Origin: a virus
Virus record (IMG/VR): IMGVR_UViG_3300025141_016305
Coordinates: 1-64,000 of that record
Strand: one strand, 5' to 3'
Length of the DNA stretch: 64,000 nt
In this document: positions 28,156-37,567 of the stretch, in pieces
How positions within the stretch are numbered: the stretch's first letter is position 1
How the letters are laid out: the number at the start of each line of letters is the position of its first letter
Translations under genes and position numbers: made by a program
The notes under the pieces: generated by a model
Databases searched by the model: none
What the model saw: the letters and a program-made list of their open reading frames with translations, nothing else
Told to the model about the DNA's origin: nothing

Positions 28156-29118
28156 CTATGTAGAAAAGGAAGATATAATATCATTAAATTTTTGTTCTAA
28201 GTCTTGCATATTAACAGTCAAAACTCCGTCAGAAATCATTAGCTTTCTTATCTCTGTTTGATTATAACAAGGCGAGAACTCTTCAAAGGTTTCATCAATC
28301 CTCTTCTTTGCTTGAATTGATAACATTGGAGAAGATAGTTGCATAATCTGATAGTTAAACTCAACTAACTCTTGCTCCTCGATAATATTTGAGAATACTT
28401 TTTGTTTATTTTCAGCTTTTTCGCACTCATCGATGATATCAGATAAATAACATGTTTTCTCTTCTCTCAAGAAGGGAAACCTCTTAGCGACCGTTTCCAG
28501 TCCCACTCTAGGAACACCCGGGAGGTTATCGCTAGGATCTCCCACTATAGCTCTTGCTAGTGCAAAGTTGTTTGGGTGGATTCCGAACTTTTCAACAATG
28601 GCATTCTTGTTGAGATACTCTTTTTGAATCGGTCTATGTAAAATTGTCTTGTCATCCAAAAGTTGGATGAAATCTTTATCCGCGGACACAATTACTTTTT
28701 GCCAGCCTGAAAACATCGATGAAGACTTGACATAAGAGATTACATCATCTGCCTCTACCTCTGGTTCCATAAATTGAATAATTGGTGTCTGATTAAGGTA
28801 TTCTATAACTCTTAACTGTTGCCACAGCTTATTATTATCTGTATCTTGTGGAGTCATTTCTTCAGTCGACCAATTAACTCTCAAAGGCTTTCTGCCGGCT
28901 TTGTAGTTTTTGTTCATCGCCCGCCTCTTTTGAGAGCCCCCTTTGCCATCCCAAATAACAACCACCATATCAGGTTTAACCTCTCTAGTGATCTTGTTTA
29001 AAATATTAATAAATGTCCGCATGCCACCGATTGGCTGCCCATTAGGACTCTTACTTGGATCTACAATGTAACCTCGAATAAACTGGTTATACGCATCTAC
29101 GATCATAACTCTCTTCAT
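28156..29118 (-). CDS. 5'-3' exonuclease / RNase H (FEN-like)
   Basis: IVDAYN, YKAGR, EADDVI, SADKDFIQL and GDPSDNLPGV. Confidence 0.93.
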   Translation of the reverse strand: MKRVMIVDAYNQFIRGYIVDPSKSPNGQPIGGMRTFINILNKITREVKPDMVVVIWDGKGGSQKRRAMNKNYKAGRKPLRVNWSTEEMTPQDTDNNKLWQQLRVIEYLNQTPIIQFMEPEVEADDVISYVKSSSMFSGWQKVIVSADKDFIQLLDDKTILHRPIQKEYLNKNAIVEKFGIHPNNFALARAIVGDPSDNLPGVPRVGLETVAKRFPFLREEKTCYLSDIIDECEKAENKQKVFSNIIEEQELVEFNYQIMQLSSPMLSIQAKKRIDETFEEFSPCYNQTEIRKLMISDGVLTVNMQDLEQKFNDIISSFST

Positions 29119-29228
29119 TTTCTACCCTTTCTCCAATAACCCCACCAGAGTGCGCCAAAAAAAAGCACATCAGCAATTACGCCCCATATTAAGGCGTGAT
29201 CAATTAAATATTGTGTTAGTGTAAACAT
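29115..29228 (-). CDS. Small membrane protein (37 aa, below the ORF-track cutoff)
   Basis: MFTLTQYLIDHALIWGVIADVLFFGALWWGYWRKGRK; its stop overlaps the next ATG (ATGA). Confidence 0.6.
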   Translation of the reverse strand: MFTLTQYLIDHALIWGVIADVLFFGALWWGYWRKGRK

Positions 29229-29242
29229 CTTATCCCTTAAAC

Positions 29243-29270
29243 AAAAAAGCCCGCCAAGAGGCGGGCTTTT
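29243..29270 (-). terminator. Rho-independent terminator after recA
   Basis: AAAAGCCCGC-CTCTTG-GCGGGCTTTTTT. Confidence 0.85.
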
Positions 29271-29276
29271 GGCTAA

Positions 29277-30404
29277 CTACTCTTCAGGCGAAGGATCATC
29301 TGAATCATAGAAGTTCTCTGCTTTGCCTTCTCTATTCTTGAACTTCATAATAACATCATTATCCATGATTGTCAATACACTTTCTCTGAAATCTTCCTTT
29401 TGCAATTTTTCAGCCCAGTTCTTACGCTGAAACTTCTCTTCTGAGCCGTCATTTTTGACCAAAGAGAACCATGCTCCAGATTGTTTGAGCCTTTCAGAGA
29501 CTTGAATAGCATCGAACCAACTTTCCTCATCTTGTACGCCGATCGCTTCGTCGCCCCAGAGGATCTTGAAGTTGCATGTTCGGCCAGCTGTACCAAAACG
29601 AGACTTTTCTAACTTAACCTTCACTTCTGACCCGATACGGTAACCATTATCGTCAGTAATAAATGAAGCCTTAGCTTTTCTTGCAGTTAGCCAAACCCTG
29701 AGAGAATAAGCATATGCCATTGCTTTTCCTCCAGGAGTAAAATATGGTGTTGTCATCGCTTCAGCTGGTGTGCGAGCTGCCATATTTGTTTTCAGCTGAT
29801 TTAAAACCAAGAGAGTGGCACTATTGTCCGCAATAGGAAGGGTCAATTTGGCCATTCCCTTGGACAAAATCCTTGGCTTTACAGCCATGGACGATTGAGG
29901 GTTAAAGTCCCCCTCAACGTCCGAAATGGATGGCGTAAGGGCCAAAGAATCCCAAATAAAGAGCCACCTATTTCCTGTTGCTAGTAACTCTTCTATTGTT
30001 TCAAGCACAAATTCGACCGATTCGGCCTGAACATACATAAGCCGATTTAAGTCGCAACCTGCACGTTCCAAAAAAGATGGATCAATTGCAGACTCTGAAT
30101 CAAAATATACCACGTCAATTCCCATCTTTTGGGCATTACCGGCAACTTGAGCAGCCATAAAAGACTTTCCTGTTGCTTCTAATCCTGCAATCTCGGAAAT
30201 TTTGCCGACCGGAATTCCGGCGAGGTGACCTTTACAGACAATTGAGTCGAGCCAGCGAGAGCCGGTTGGGATCCACTCCTTTACTTCTGTCGGGTTGTCA
30301 CCCTCTAGAGAGTGGGCGACTTCTCGTCCAGCTTTCTTGTTGATGATCTTTCGAATAGAGGCAATGTCAAGTGAGCCTTTTTTTAACTTAGTTACTTTAG
30401 CCAT
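29277..30404 (-). CDS. recA: RecA/UvsX recombinase
   Basis: IPTGS..LD, GLEATGKS, DSE, WDS and TPGG.A; true start is likely MAKVTK at 30404. Confidence 0.93.
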   Translation of the reverse strand: MAKVTKLKKGSLDIASIRKIINKKAGREVAHSLEGDNPTEVKEWIPTGSRWLDSIVCKGHLAGIPVGKISEIAGLEATGKSFMAAQVAGNAQKMGIDVVYFDSESAIDPSFLERAGCDLNRLMYVQAESVEFVLETIEELLATGNRWLFIWDSLALTPSISDVEGDFNPQSSMAVKPRILSKGMAKLTLPIADNSATLLVLNQLKTNMAARTPAEAMTTPYFTPGGKAMAYAYSLRVWLTARKAKASFITDDNGYRIGSEVKVKLEKSRFGTAGRTCNFKILWGDEAIGVQDEESWFDAIQVSERLKQSGAWFSLVKNDGSEEKFQRKNWAEKLQKEDFRESVLTIMDNDVIMKFKNREGKAENFYDSDDPSPEE

Positions 30405-31650
30405 TAGCCACCTTTCTAGTCTTAGAGTGCCTTGGAATCTCTGACAAATCTGCTTGAAGAATATCACTATACAGATTGTCGAACTCAGCTGCCAATTCTT
30501 TAGCTCTCTTTTCAAGATGAATTTTTTGATGTGGCAAACCAACCCACGAATTATAGAAAGCTTTGGACTCCGGCTTTGGGCCTTGGCCATTATCATAAAG
30601 CACCTCTGCAGCTGATTCGTTCTGCCTTCCTTGCTTTTCCAACTCTTTATCGAGATCATAAATTATAACATCTAAATCTTTTCCATGGTTTTTCTTAAAA
30701 GTGCGCTTGGAATCAACCATATGCTGTGCAACAATAACAATTGCCCAAAACGACTGATTTGGAAACTGACCACTTTTCTTCTGTAGATTAGATTGTTTTG
30801 GGGCCTTCATCACGCTGGCTACAATATCCATAATTTTGTAAAACCTTTGCATATGCGAGTTATGATATTCTGCGACACTCCCTCTTGTTTTTGAAATTCC
30901 AATCTCATAAATATTATCTAGCGCTTTTTTATTTGTAGAAGTCCATCTAAGTACCTTGTGAGTGGCCACAAAAACTTTAAGTAACAGTTCTACGTCACCC
31001 ATTCGAAGAATGTCATCAGGTTTAACAACTCTCTCAAAAACATCTCTATATTCATTTTCAGCCTTTTCTCTTAACTCGTTAGAGATCCATGTGTTCATAG
31101 AATTTCTTTTTTCTTGATTTACCAGCGGCAAGCCATCATTAATAGACAGAAAAATTACATTGAGGTCTCCATAAAGAAAACCATTGAACACGACAACAAG
31201 CATTGTAAGAGAGTCCAAAAACGATTTAACCTCTAGAGGAAGTTCGCTATATTTGCAATCTTCAAGACTGTACTCTTTGCCTGATCTTTTAAAGTTGAAG
31301 GTAATTCCAAACTCATCATTATAAAAATCAAGAATTGTTTCTCCTCTATTTTGGGCATCTAAAGACGTGAGGCCTTTTTTGCGAGTTTCAAGTACTTCGT
31401 TATACTTGTTTATAGACACTTGATCGGCATCATGTATAGAGCGTTCTAAGCCAGACTTGGCATCTGCAAAAGCAAAAGTACCTGATTCAAACTGTCTAAG
31501 CAAATTAATAATATAACTCTGTTTTTGTTCTAGCGGCCAACAAACCCTTCTTTGAAAACTCGGGTCGACATCGACCATTGGCAAAAACCTATGAATAAGC
31601 TCGTCTAGACGAACTTGCATGGGTTGTCGGGATGCTTGATTAATAATCAT
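30397..31650 (-). CDS. DUF262 (ParB/GmrS-like) domain protein
   Basis: PSFQRRVCW...QSYI, LDAQNR and IFLSINDG.PL..QE.RN. Confidence 0.75.
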   Translation of the reverse strand: MIINQASRQPMQVRLDELIHRFLPMVDVDPSFQRRVCWPLEQKQSYIINLLRQFESGTFAFADAKSGLERSIHDADQVSINKYNEVLETRKKGLTSLDAQNRGETILDFYNDEFGITFNFKRSGKEYSLEDCKYSELPLEVKSFLDSLTMLVVVFNGFLYGDLNVIFLSINDGLPLVNQEKRNSMNTWISNELREKAENEYRDVFERVVKPDDILRMGDVELLLKVFVATHKVLRWTSTNKKALDNIYEIGISKTRGSVAEYHNSHMQRFYKIMDIVASVMKAPKQSNLQKKSGQFPNQSFWAIVIVAQHMVDSKRTFKKNHGKDLDVIIYDLDKELEKQGRQNESAAEVLYDNGQGPKPESKAFYNSWVGLPHQKIHLEKRAKELAAEFDNLYSDILQADLSEIPRHSKTRKVANG

Positions 31651-31664
31651 AAATTTCTCCTTTC

Positions 31665-32420
31665 TCACGCATTAAGGAGGTCATTGAATGCAGCCTCCAC
31701 CGGGTCAGAACCACGCTTTTCTTCGTTGTTGCTCCCAAACCTGGAAACTTCAGTATTTCCAGTCTCGCCTGACAAGTACTGGTCCATAATGCTTTTGACC
31801 TCTTCCGTTGATTTTCTCTCAAAAAGAGTTTCGAAATCTGGAATGGTTTCTAGCAACTCTGCACAACGATCTTCTCCACCAACTGCGTCGTCGCAAAGAA
31901 TTGTCTTTCGAGGGCGAGGGCGAATATCTGTACGAGGAAAACTAGCTCCTGGCAGTTTGCCGTACATCAACTTAAGATCGTTGCCAGTTTCTGGATCTGT
32001 AATGTCTCCGTAGTCCGGATCGAGAACAATGGTCAAAAGCTTCTCATAGGCCATCTTACCATACCCCCACACTCGGATTCCCTGATCTTCCTCCCCTCGA
32101 ACCAAGACCGGTGAGAAAAAGCGTTGCTTAGCAAACATTTCCTTTGCTTGTCGCTTACTATCCTCAGTGCCCTCGTTCCAGAGCTGATTTGCAAAGTTGC
32201 AAGCGGGACAGTCATCCCCAAAGTTTCGCTTCGGACAGAGAAAGGACTGTCCACCAATTCCGTAGTGGAAAAATTTCTCTTTGAAAGGGTCGCCGTCGGC
32301 CGTCGAAACAATACGAATATTGCTCTCGCCATCCTCTGGTCTCCAGAAGTTCTTCTTTCCTTCGCCCTTTCCATTAAGTTTATCTAACTTCGCTTTCATT
32401 GCGTCTAAATTAAGTGCCAT
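31665..32420 (-). CDS. Single-stranded DNA-binding protein (T4 gp32-like)
   Basis: FWRP, IRI, CP..FGDDCPAC, DITDPETG.D and an acidic C-terminal tail AFNDLL. Confidence 0.85.
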   Translation of the reverse strand: MALNLDAMKAKLDKLNGKGEGKKNFWRPEDGESNIRIVSTADGDPFKEKFFHYGIGGQSFLCPKRNFGDDCPACNFANQLWNEGTEDSKRQAKEMFAKQRFFSPVLVRGEEDQGIRVWGYGKMAYEKLLTIVLDPDYGDITDPETGNDLKLMYGKLPGASFPRTDIRPRPRKTILCDDAVGGEDRCAELLETIPDFETLFERKSTEEVKSIMDQYLSGETGNTEVSRFGSNNEEKRGSDPVEAAFNDLLNA

Positions 32421-32502
32421 TTTTTATTACCTCCTATGGTATGTTGTTTTTTTGCACGTTTGGCTATAGCAGGTCAGCAAATATCCCGACCAACTGTTTA
32501 TA

Positions 32503-32531
32503 AATGTATCATATTTTTGTGATGATGTCAA
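32503..32531 (-). promoter_or_regulatory. Sigma70-type promoter of the SSB gene
   Basis: TTGACA-N17-TACATT with an extended TGn; the -35 box contains the MTase stop codon. Confidence 0.65.
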
Positions 32532-33751
32532 AAACAATTTTCAAATTGTTCTTCTGTTAGAAAACAGTTTTCTAACACTCTTTGTTTGAAAATGTATCTG
32601 CCGCCAACTTTGACAGAAAACATCTCCCAGTCAATGTTGTTGAACACGCCTACTACTTTCTCGATATCCATTGTATCATCTTTTGGAAAAATTGCAAGGA
32701 CACTTCCATCATAATTTTCACATTCATGAAAAAAAAACGGATTGGTTGTCCTTGTCTTGTTATTAACATAAATTCTTTTACCAGATTGATTTGACTGGGG
32801 TCGGCCCCACTTCCACCAGTCCTTCTCGGTCCATTGTTTTTTTATTTTTCGATCAATTAGTTTTTCGCGGTTTGCTTCGAGCCATGACGTAGGAGAGGCC
32901 TCGTCGATCATTCTCCTGGTTTTTCCAGTAGATCGAGTTTTTGAAAAGACAAAATCTTTGTTTCCCCTGGTGGGATCCACAAAAAAATTATCTAAACCTG
33001 TAACTGCGCCCACCTTAACTGCAAAGTAATCTCCAATTCTCATCAACTTAGAGACATCAATTCCGCTTTTTAGAAACCAAGAGATGCCCCGAGAGTCGAC
33101 ATAGTAGTTTTTTACACTTTGCTTTATAATTTTATTTTGCTCTTTGTCGAAAAGATGCATTTTTGTTTTTCTAGTAAAGTTTCCCTTTTCAAATCTAAAA
33201 ATGCAGGTTTCATGCTCAGGTGCAGCATCGGATCCGAATGGTGTAGTGTCCCCATAGAGAACTAAGTCTGTTATTGTCCCAAGTGATGACATTTTTTTAT
33301 TTAACTCTTGGCAACTGGTTGCTTTTAGAAAAACAGAAGGCACAATAAAAATCAATTCACCATTAGTATCAAGGTGATCCAGGCTTTTTTCTATAAAAAG
33401 AACAAACAGATTTGTCTTTCCAGACCACGTTCTCAATTGTGATACTTTTTCCCTTGTTGAATCAAGTATCTTATCATTTGCCACGTAAGGTGGGTTGCCA
33501 ATAATTGTAGCAAACTTATTTTCTGCACTGAAGTCGAAAAAATCCATGACAATCGCTTTTTTCGGCGCGACGGTGGCGTCCATCTCAACCCCAACAGTGC
33601 TGTGAGGTAACTTTTGTAAAAAAGCCCCATCGCCACATGAAGGCTCAAGCACTGGGCCAGAATTTTGGATCAAATCCAACATAAAATTAACCTCTCGGTC
33701 TTTGGTGAAAAATTGACCAAGTTGAAGTCTTTGTTCTCTGTTTTTTAGCAA
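32528..33751 (-). CDS. N6-adenine DNA methyltransferase (gamma class)
   Basis: GQFFT, LEPSCGDGAF, IIGNPPY and FIVP, followed by a C-terminal TRD. Confidence 0.9.
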   Translation of the reverse strand: MLKNREQRLQLGQFFTKDREVNFMLDLIQNSGPVLEPSCGDGAFLQKLPHSTVGVEMDATVAPKKAIVMDFFDFSAENKFATIIGNPPYVANDKILDSTREKVSQLRTWSGKTNLFVLFIEKSLDHLDTNGELIFIVPSVFLKATSCQELNKKMSSLGTITDLVLYGDTTPFGSDAAPEHETCIFRFEKGNFTRKTKMHLFDKEQNKIIKQSVKNYYVDSRGISWFLKSGIDVSKLMRIGDYFAVKVGAVTGLDNFFVDPTRGNKDFVFSKTRSTGKTRRMIDEASPTSWLEANREKLIDRKIKKQWTEKDWWKWGRPQSNQSGKRIYVNNKTRTTNPFFFHECENYDGSVLAIFPKDDTMDIEKVVGVFNNIDWEMFSVKVGGRYIFKQRVLENCFLTEEQFENCF

Positions 33752-34377
33752 TTTATAAATGATTCCTTAAGTATTTTAAGATCGTCCTGGGCTTGCTTCT
33801 TCTCAATTGATTCAATGTAGGCGCCAAGTACAAATTTGCGGGCTTGAGTGTAAGTCCTGCTCTGACTTGGTCTTTTCCAATTATACTTCCAATTTATTTG
33901 GAATGGCAAATTGTTTCCATTTGATGTAAGTTTTGAAAGCGTACATAGAGTTGTATGATACACTTTACCAGTGTTTTTGTCAATACAAAAAATATCCATA
34001 TCTCTAGGTTTTTGATGTTTTGAAACATTGTTAGCCAAAACTCTTTGTATTGTTTTGTGCCTATTCCCAAGGATATCAATCTCAGACTCTTCAAGATCTG
34101 TAAGCGCATACGCAATTGATTTTTTGCTGCTCCAATTGTCAGTGCCGCCGGTAGAAGACTTAATTTGCACTGGTTTGTCATTAATTTTTACATCATACCA
34201 GTGTCTAATTGGTGCTTTTTCTACCTTGAAGCCTTTGTGATTTTTTGAAATATCAATTAATGCATCAATTAACAAGTCTTCGTCTATCAGGCTGTTAATT
34301 CTTCCATCAGCATTCTGCTCACATACTGATATCTTTGCAAGATAATTTAATATCTCTATTGGTTCTCTTTGTTTCAT
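33745..34377 (-). CDS. Putative type II restriction endonuclease (PD-(D/E)XK fold)
   Basis: E...WYDV......VQIKS motif; overlaps the MTase gene. Confidence 0.6.
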   Translation of the reverse strand: MKQREPIEILNYLAKISVCEQNADGRINSLIDEDLLIDALIDISKNHKGFKVEKAPIRHWYDVKINDKPVQIKSSTGGTDNWSSKKSIAYALTDLEESEIDILGNRHKTIQRVLANNVSKHQKPRDMDIFCIDKNTGKVYHTTLCTLSKLTSNGNNLPFQINWKYNWKRPSQSRTYTQARKFVLGAYIESIEKKQAQDDLKILKESFINC

Positions 34378-35225
34378 TTTAAATTTATTTCTTGGATTTT
34401 GGGTGAAAAAAGCTCAACATAAATATAATCATTTTCATATTGAGTGGGATAAACTCCGAAGCTTACTTTTCTTTCCTCGGTTATTTTTTCTTTTATTTTG
34501 TCTGTTATTGTTCGAAAGAGATTTTCTTCAGTTCTTAATTTCTCTTCGTTAATACCATAATAGTATAACACATCCACTTCATCTTGGAAAGGAAAAAACA
34601 AACTTTCTTTGCCTTCCAGCGAGTCCAAGCCAATTGTGGTAATTCTACAAGACTCTCTAGGTTTTTTGAAAGTAGAAATAATAGGCTTCGTATTTTTAAA
34701 CACGTCTATCATGTAGTAAGTGCTTGTAAAAACATGATTTATTTGTTTAAAGTAGTCAAAAACGTTTGTTGAACCAGCAAGCTCCTCTAAGTGAAGATTG
34801 GATACAAGGCAAATTTGTTCAAACAAGCCACTTCTTGCAAAATTTTGTAAAACACCAGAAACAGATCTTTCATGAAGAGCCTTTGCATCTGATAAGACAT
34901 CCACTTCTGGTGTGAAATATATAATATCTATTTTTACTTTACTCTTATACAACACCTCAAGGGCTCGGAGTGTGATCCCGGCAGAATCAGACCCACCACA
35001 TACTATCACAGTGCAAGAATTATCAACTTTTTTAACCCAACGATGAAGTTTTGACATATCTAAGTTTTCATATTCTTCCGGTCCTGCGCATTCCGGAAGG
35101 GCAAATTTGTATTTTGATGTTTTGTTGATTTCGTTTGAAATATAAAAACATTCATATACTGGGTATTGCGACAATTGTTCTACCACATTACAACCGGCGT
35201 TGCCGATGCCTAAAAGTTTTTTCAA
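34374..35225 (-). CDS. Divergent tubulin/FtsZ-family protein (PhuZ-like)
   Basis: LGIGNAGCNVV (T1 loop), VCGGSDSAG (degenerate T4 loop), P..E, LVSN and IN. Confidence 0.7.
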   Translation of the reverse strand: MKKLLGIGNAGCNVVEQLSQYPVYECFYISNEINKTSKYKFALPECAGPEEYENLDMSKLHRWVKKVDNSCTVIVCGGSDSAGITLRALEVLYKSKVKIDIIYFTPEVDVLSDAKALHERSVSGVLQNFARSGLFEQICLVSNLHLEELAGSTNVFDYFKQINHVFTSTYYMIDVFKNTKPIISTFKKPRESCRITTIGLDSLEGKESLFFPFQDEVDVLYYYGINEEKLRTEENLFRTITDKIKEKITEERKVSFGVYPTQYENDYIYVELFSPKIQEINLK

Positions 35226-36352
35226 AACTTCAACTCCTTCATTTCTCCAAAATTTTTTCCGATTTGGATCGTGCTTAAAAATTGACCATATCTAGTTGTT
35301 TCGAAAATATTTTTAATTTCTCTCACCAAATCACGATCCTCCTTTGCAAAATCCAAAACCACCGAATCATGAAGTGTAAAAGCAACACTCGATTTTCTAT
35401 TTTCAAGAAGTTTCATTATTTTGTATGCATTTTCTATCACTATATCAGATGTTGTTGATTGAAGCAAGTAATTTTGTGCTTTTTTTTCCTCTACGTACAG
35501 CTTTCTGCCGTACGGGGTTGTGACAAGCTGGTCTGCGACGGAAAAAAAATCCCGGAAGATTTCGCGGTTATAACATTGCTCTAACGACTCGTCAATGGCG
35601 ACTGGATTATAGAGCCACGCAAACATTCTTTGTTTGGCTTCTGAGCGACTTAGCGAGCTATTGAATAGTTCTGATGTGTTCCACTCATGAAGGTCGATAT
35701 CCGGCTGTTCTTGGCCTGATAGGGCCAACAGGGTTCGCAATTCTGCTGCATTAATATCTAAATCAAGAAACATATCATTATTCGGTGTTAGTTCGGATCT
35801 TTGCTCTTTCTTTAGGGTCAAAACAGGAATGGAATCTCTAAATGTAGTTAATCTCCCGGTGGCGGAGCCAAATATATTATATCTTACTCTTCCTACTTTT
35901 TCTCCAAACCTAAATTTATTATGTGATATTTCTGTTGTTAAAACGTGTGCTTTGTGAAGAATCTCATAATCAGTTGGTTTAATGTCTGCTTGGTAAAGCC
36001 TGTTTAAACATTGTCTGCGAATAGAAAACCATCGTAAAAGCTGATTTTCTGGAATTATATCAAAGAAGCAGAGGTCATGCAATTCAATTTGTGCCGTTCT
36101 CGCTGCTTTTGCATGCGACTCCATTTTTAACTTGTATTCTTCATACATTTCCGGGTCTAGAGCGTATGGAGACAAATCTTCGCCTTTTAAGTATAGGAAC
36201 AGATATTCACACTTCTTGTCATCCAAAACAGGTGAATGTTTCCAGGCAAGGTTCGAACTCTCTACGATTTCATCAAAATTATCAAACAAAAACGAACTTT
36301 TATGAAAAATTCCAGTGCAATTATCTTTTATATCGAGGGTTTGTATAATCAA
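35222..36352 (-). CDS. Family A DNA polymerase domain, with no recognisable exonuclease domain
   Basis: TGRL, motif A DINAAELR, motif B R..AK..F..LY, NYLLQST.SD and motif C LHDS. Confidence 0.8.
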   Translation of the reverse strand: MIIQTLDIKDNCTGIFHKSSFLFDNFDEIVESSNLAWKHSPVLDDKKCEYLFLYLKGEDLSPYALDPEMYEEYKLKMESHAKAARTAQIELHDLCFFDIIPENQLLRWFSIRRQCLNRLYQADIKPTDYEILHKAHVLTTEISHNKFRFGEKVGRVRYNIFGSATGRLTTFRDSIPVLTLKKEQRSELTPNNDMFLDLDINAAELRTLLALSGQEQPDIDLHEWNTSELFNSSLSRSEAKQRMFAWLYNPVAIDESLEQCYNREIFRDFFSVADQLVTTPYGRKLYVEEKKAQNYLLQSTTSDIVIENAYKIMKLLENRKSSVAFTLHDSVVLDFAKEDRDLVREIKNIFETTRYGQFLSTIQIGKNFGEMKELKF

Positions 36353-37567
36353 TTAAGGGCCGTATATTTCTTTTAACTTGTTACTACAAATGGCTCCTAT
36401 TTTCTCAGAAGCCTGTCTTATACCATAACCCGGAAGGTCCAAAAGTTCAAGTATTATTCTGAGATTATTTGTAAAACCTGAGCCTCTCAAGGGCATGCCA
36501 AGTTCCAACATCCTGGTTATATACAACAATTGCATATTAAAGTGTGGATCATCGTATATGCCGTTTTCGGCCCCTGCAACTAATTCAGTAAAAGCGTCCA
36601 TGCCATTAAAAATCACATAAAGCTTAGAAACGAAGTTTCTTAAATAAATCCAGTCATCTAAGTGAGTTTTTTCAACTAAAGTATTATAATAATCCATGGA
36701 AGAATGCGAATCAGATAAATTTACACTTTGCACCATGTATTCCCTCATTTTTGGGGAGTCTAAATCAGCTATCAATCTCCATGGAACATTTTTATCGATA
36801 AAAAATCCATATGCGTTAGCGAAATCAGCAAAGCACCTGAACTCGGTGCTAGTTATCATTTCTCCTTTTGGCTCATCTATTGATCTGTTCAGAGACGCCA
36901 GTTCAATGCACAGGCCTGTCGTTAGAATAGAACGGTTTGCAGATGTAGAATAACCGCTCCTAGTGATTGGGTAACTTCTGGCGGTTATTCTATCTCCGTA
37001 GCCGCTTTGCATTGCCTTTAGAAACGCTTCGGCAACCCCTCGATAAGTGGTTGTGTCCTTTTGCCCAAAAGCTGGTCTTCCAATTGCAGCGGCAACTTTC
37101 CTTAAGTGAAAACCAGTATAATTTTGATATTGCCTTTCGAAGTCCACATACCCACTTTTTGGGACAATGTTTCCAATATGTTTGGGATAAGAAATAGAGC
37201 CTAACTTTTGCTCTGTATCAACAAAGCCAATTCTTGCTGCGAGTTCTGCTAGGTTTCCACCATTATCTATATAGTCTATGTATTCTTTTCTCATGTCTTT
37301 GAATGCCCGGGCAACAAAAGGCAAAACATACACAGACGAGGCGTACTCTGGAAAATTTTCTAAATTTGCCTGTTGTGACTCGACAATGGGGAATATTGGT
37401 TCAAAATTCTTATTAAAAATTCCATAATTTATTTTTTCAAAAAGAGTATCTATAGTTTTAAAAGATTGAAAACCAGAATAATTTTGATACTTCTTCCTTT
37501 CATCATACTCTTCAAACAGAGAGTTGGTACCACCACCAGTAAATTTAATATCATCAATAATCGCCAT
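36353..37567 (-). CDS. Hypothetical protein at the end of the baseplate operon
   Basis: GGAGGT SD; overlaps the upstream baseplate gene. Confidence 0.6.
   Translation of the reverse strand: MAIIDDIKFTGGGTNSLFEEYDERKKYQNYSGFQSFKTIDTLFEKINYGIFNKNFEPIFPIVESQQANLENFPEYASSVYVLPFVARAFKDMRKEYIDYIDNGGNLAELAARIGFVDTEQKLGSISYPKHIGNIVPKSGYVDFERQYQNYTGFHLRKVAAAIGRPAFGQKDTTTYRGVAEAFLKAMQSGYGDRITARSYPITRSGYSTSANRSILTTGLCIELASLNRSIDEPKGEMITSTEFRCFADFANAYGFFIDKNVPWRLIADLDSPKMREYMVQSVNLSDSHSSMDYYNTLVEKTHLDDWIYLRNFVSKLYVIFNGMDAFTELVAGAENGIYDDPHFNMQLLYITRMLELGMPLRGSGFTNNLRIILELLDLPGYGIRQASEKIGAICSNKLKEIYGP

Noticed and set aside
30405-30659. 85-aa N-terminal extension of RecA in the ORF track
   Set aside because: It overlaps the DUF262 gene; RecA-like sequence begins at MAKVTK (30404)
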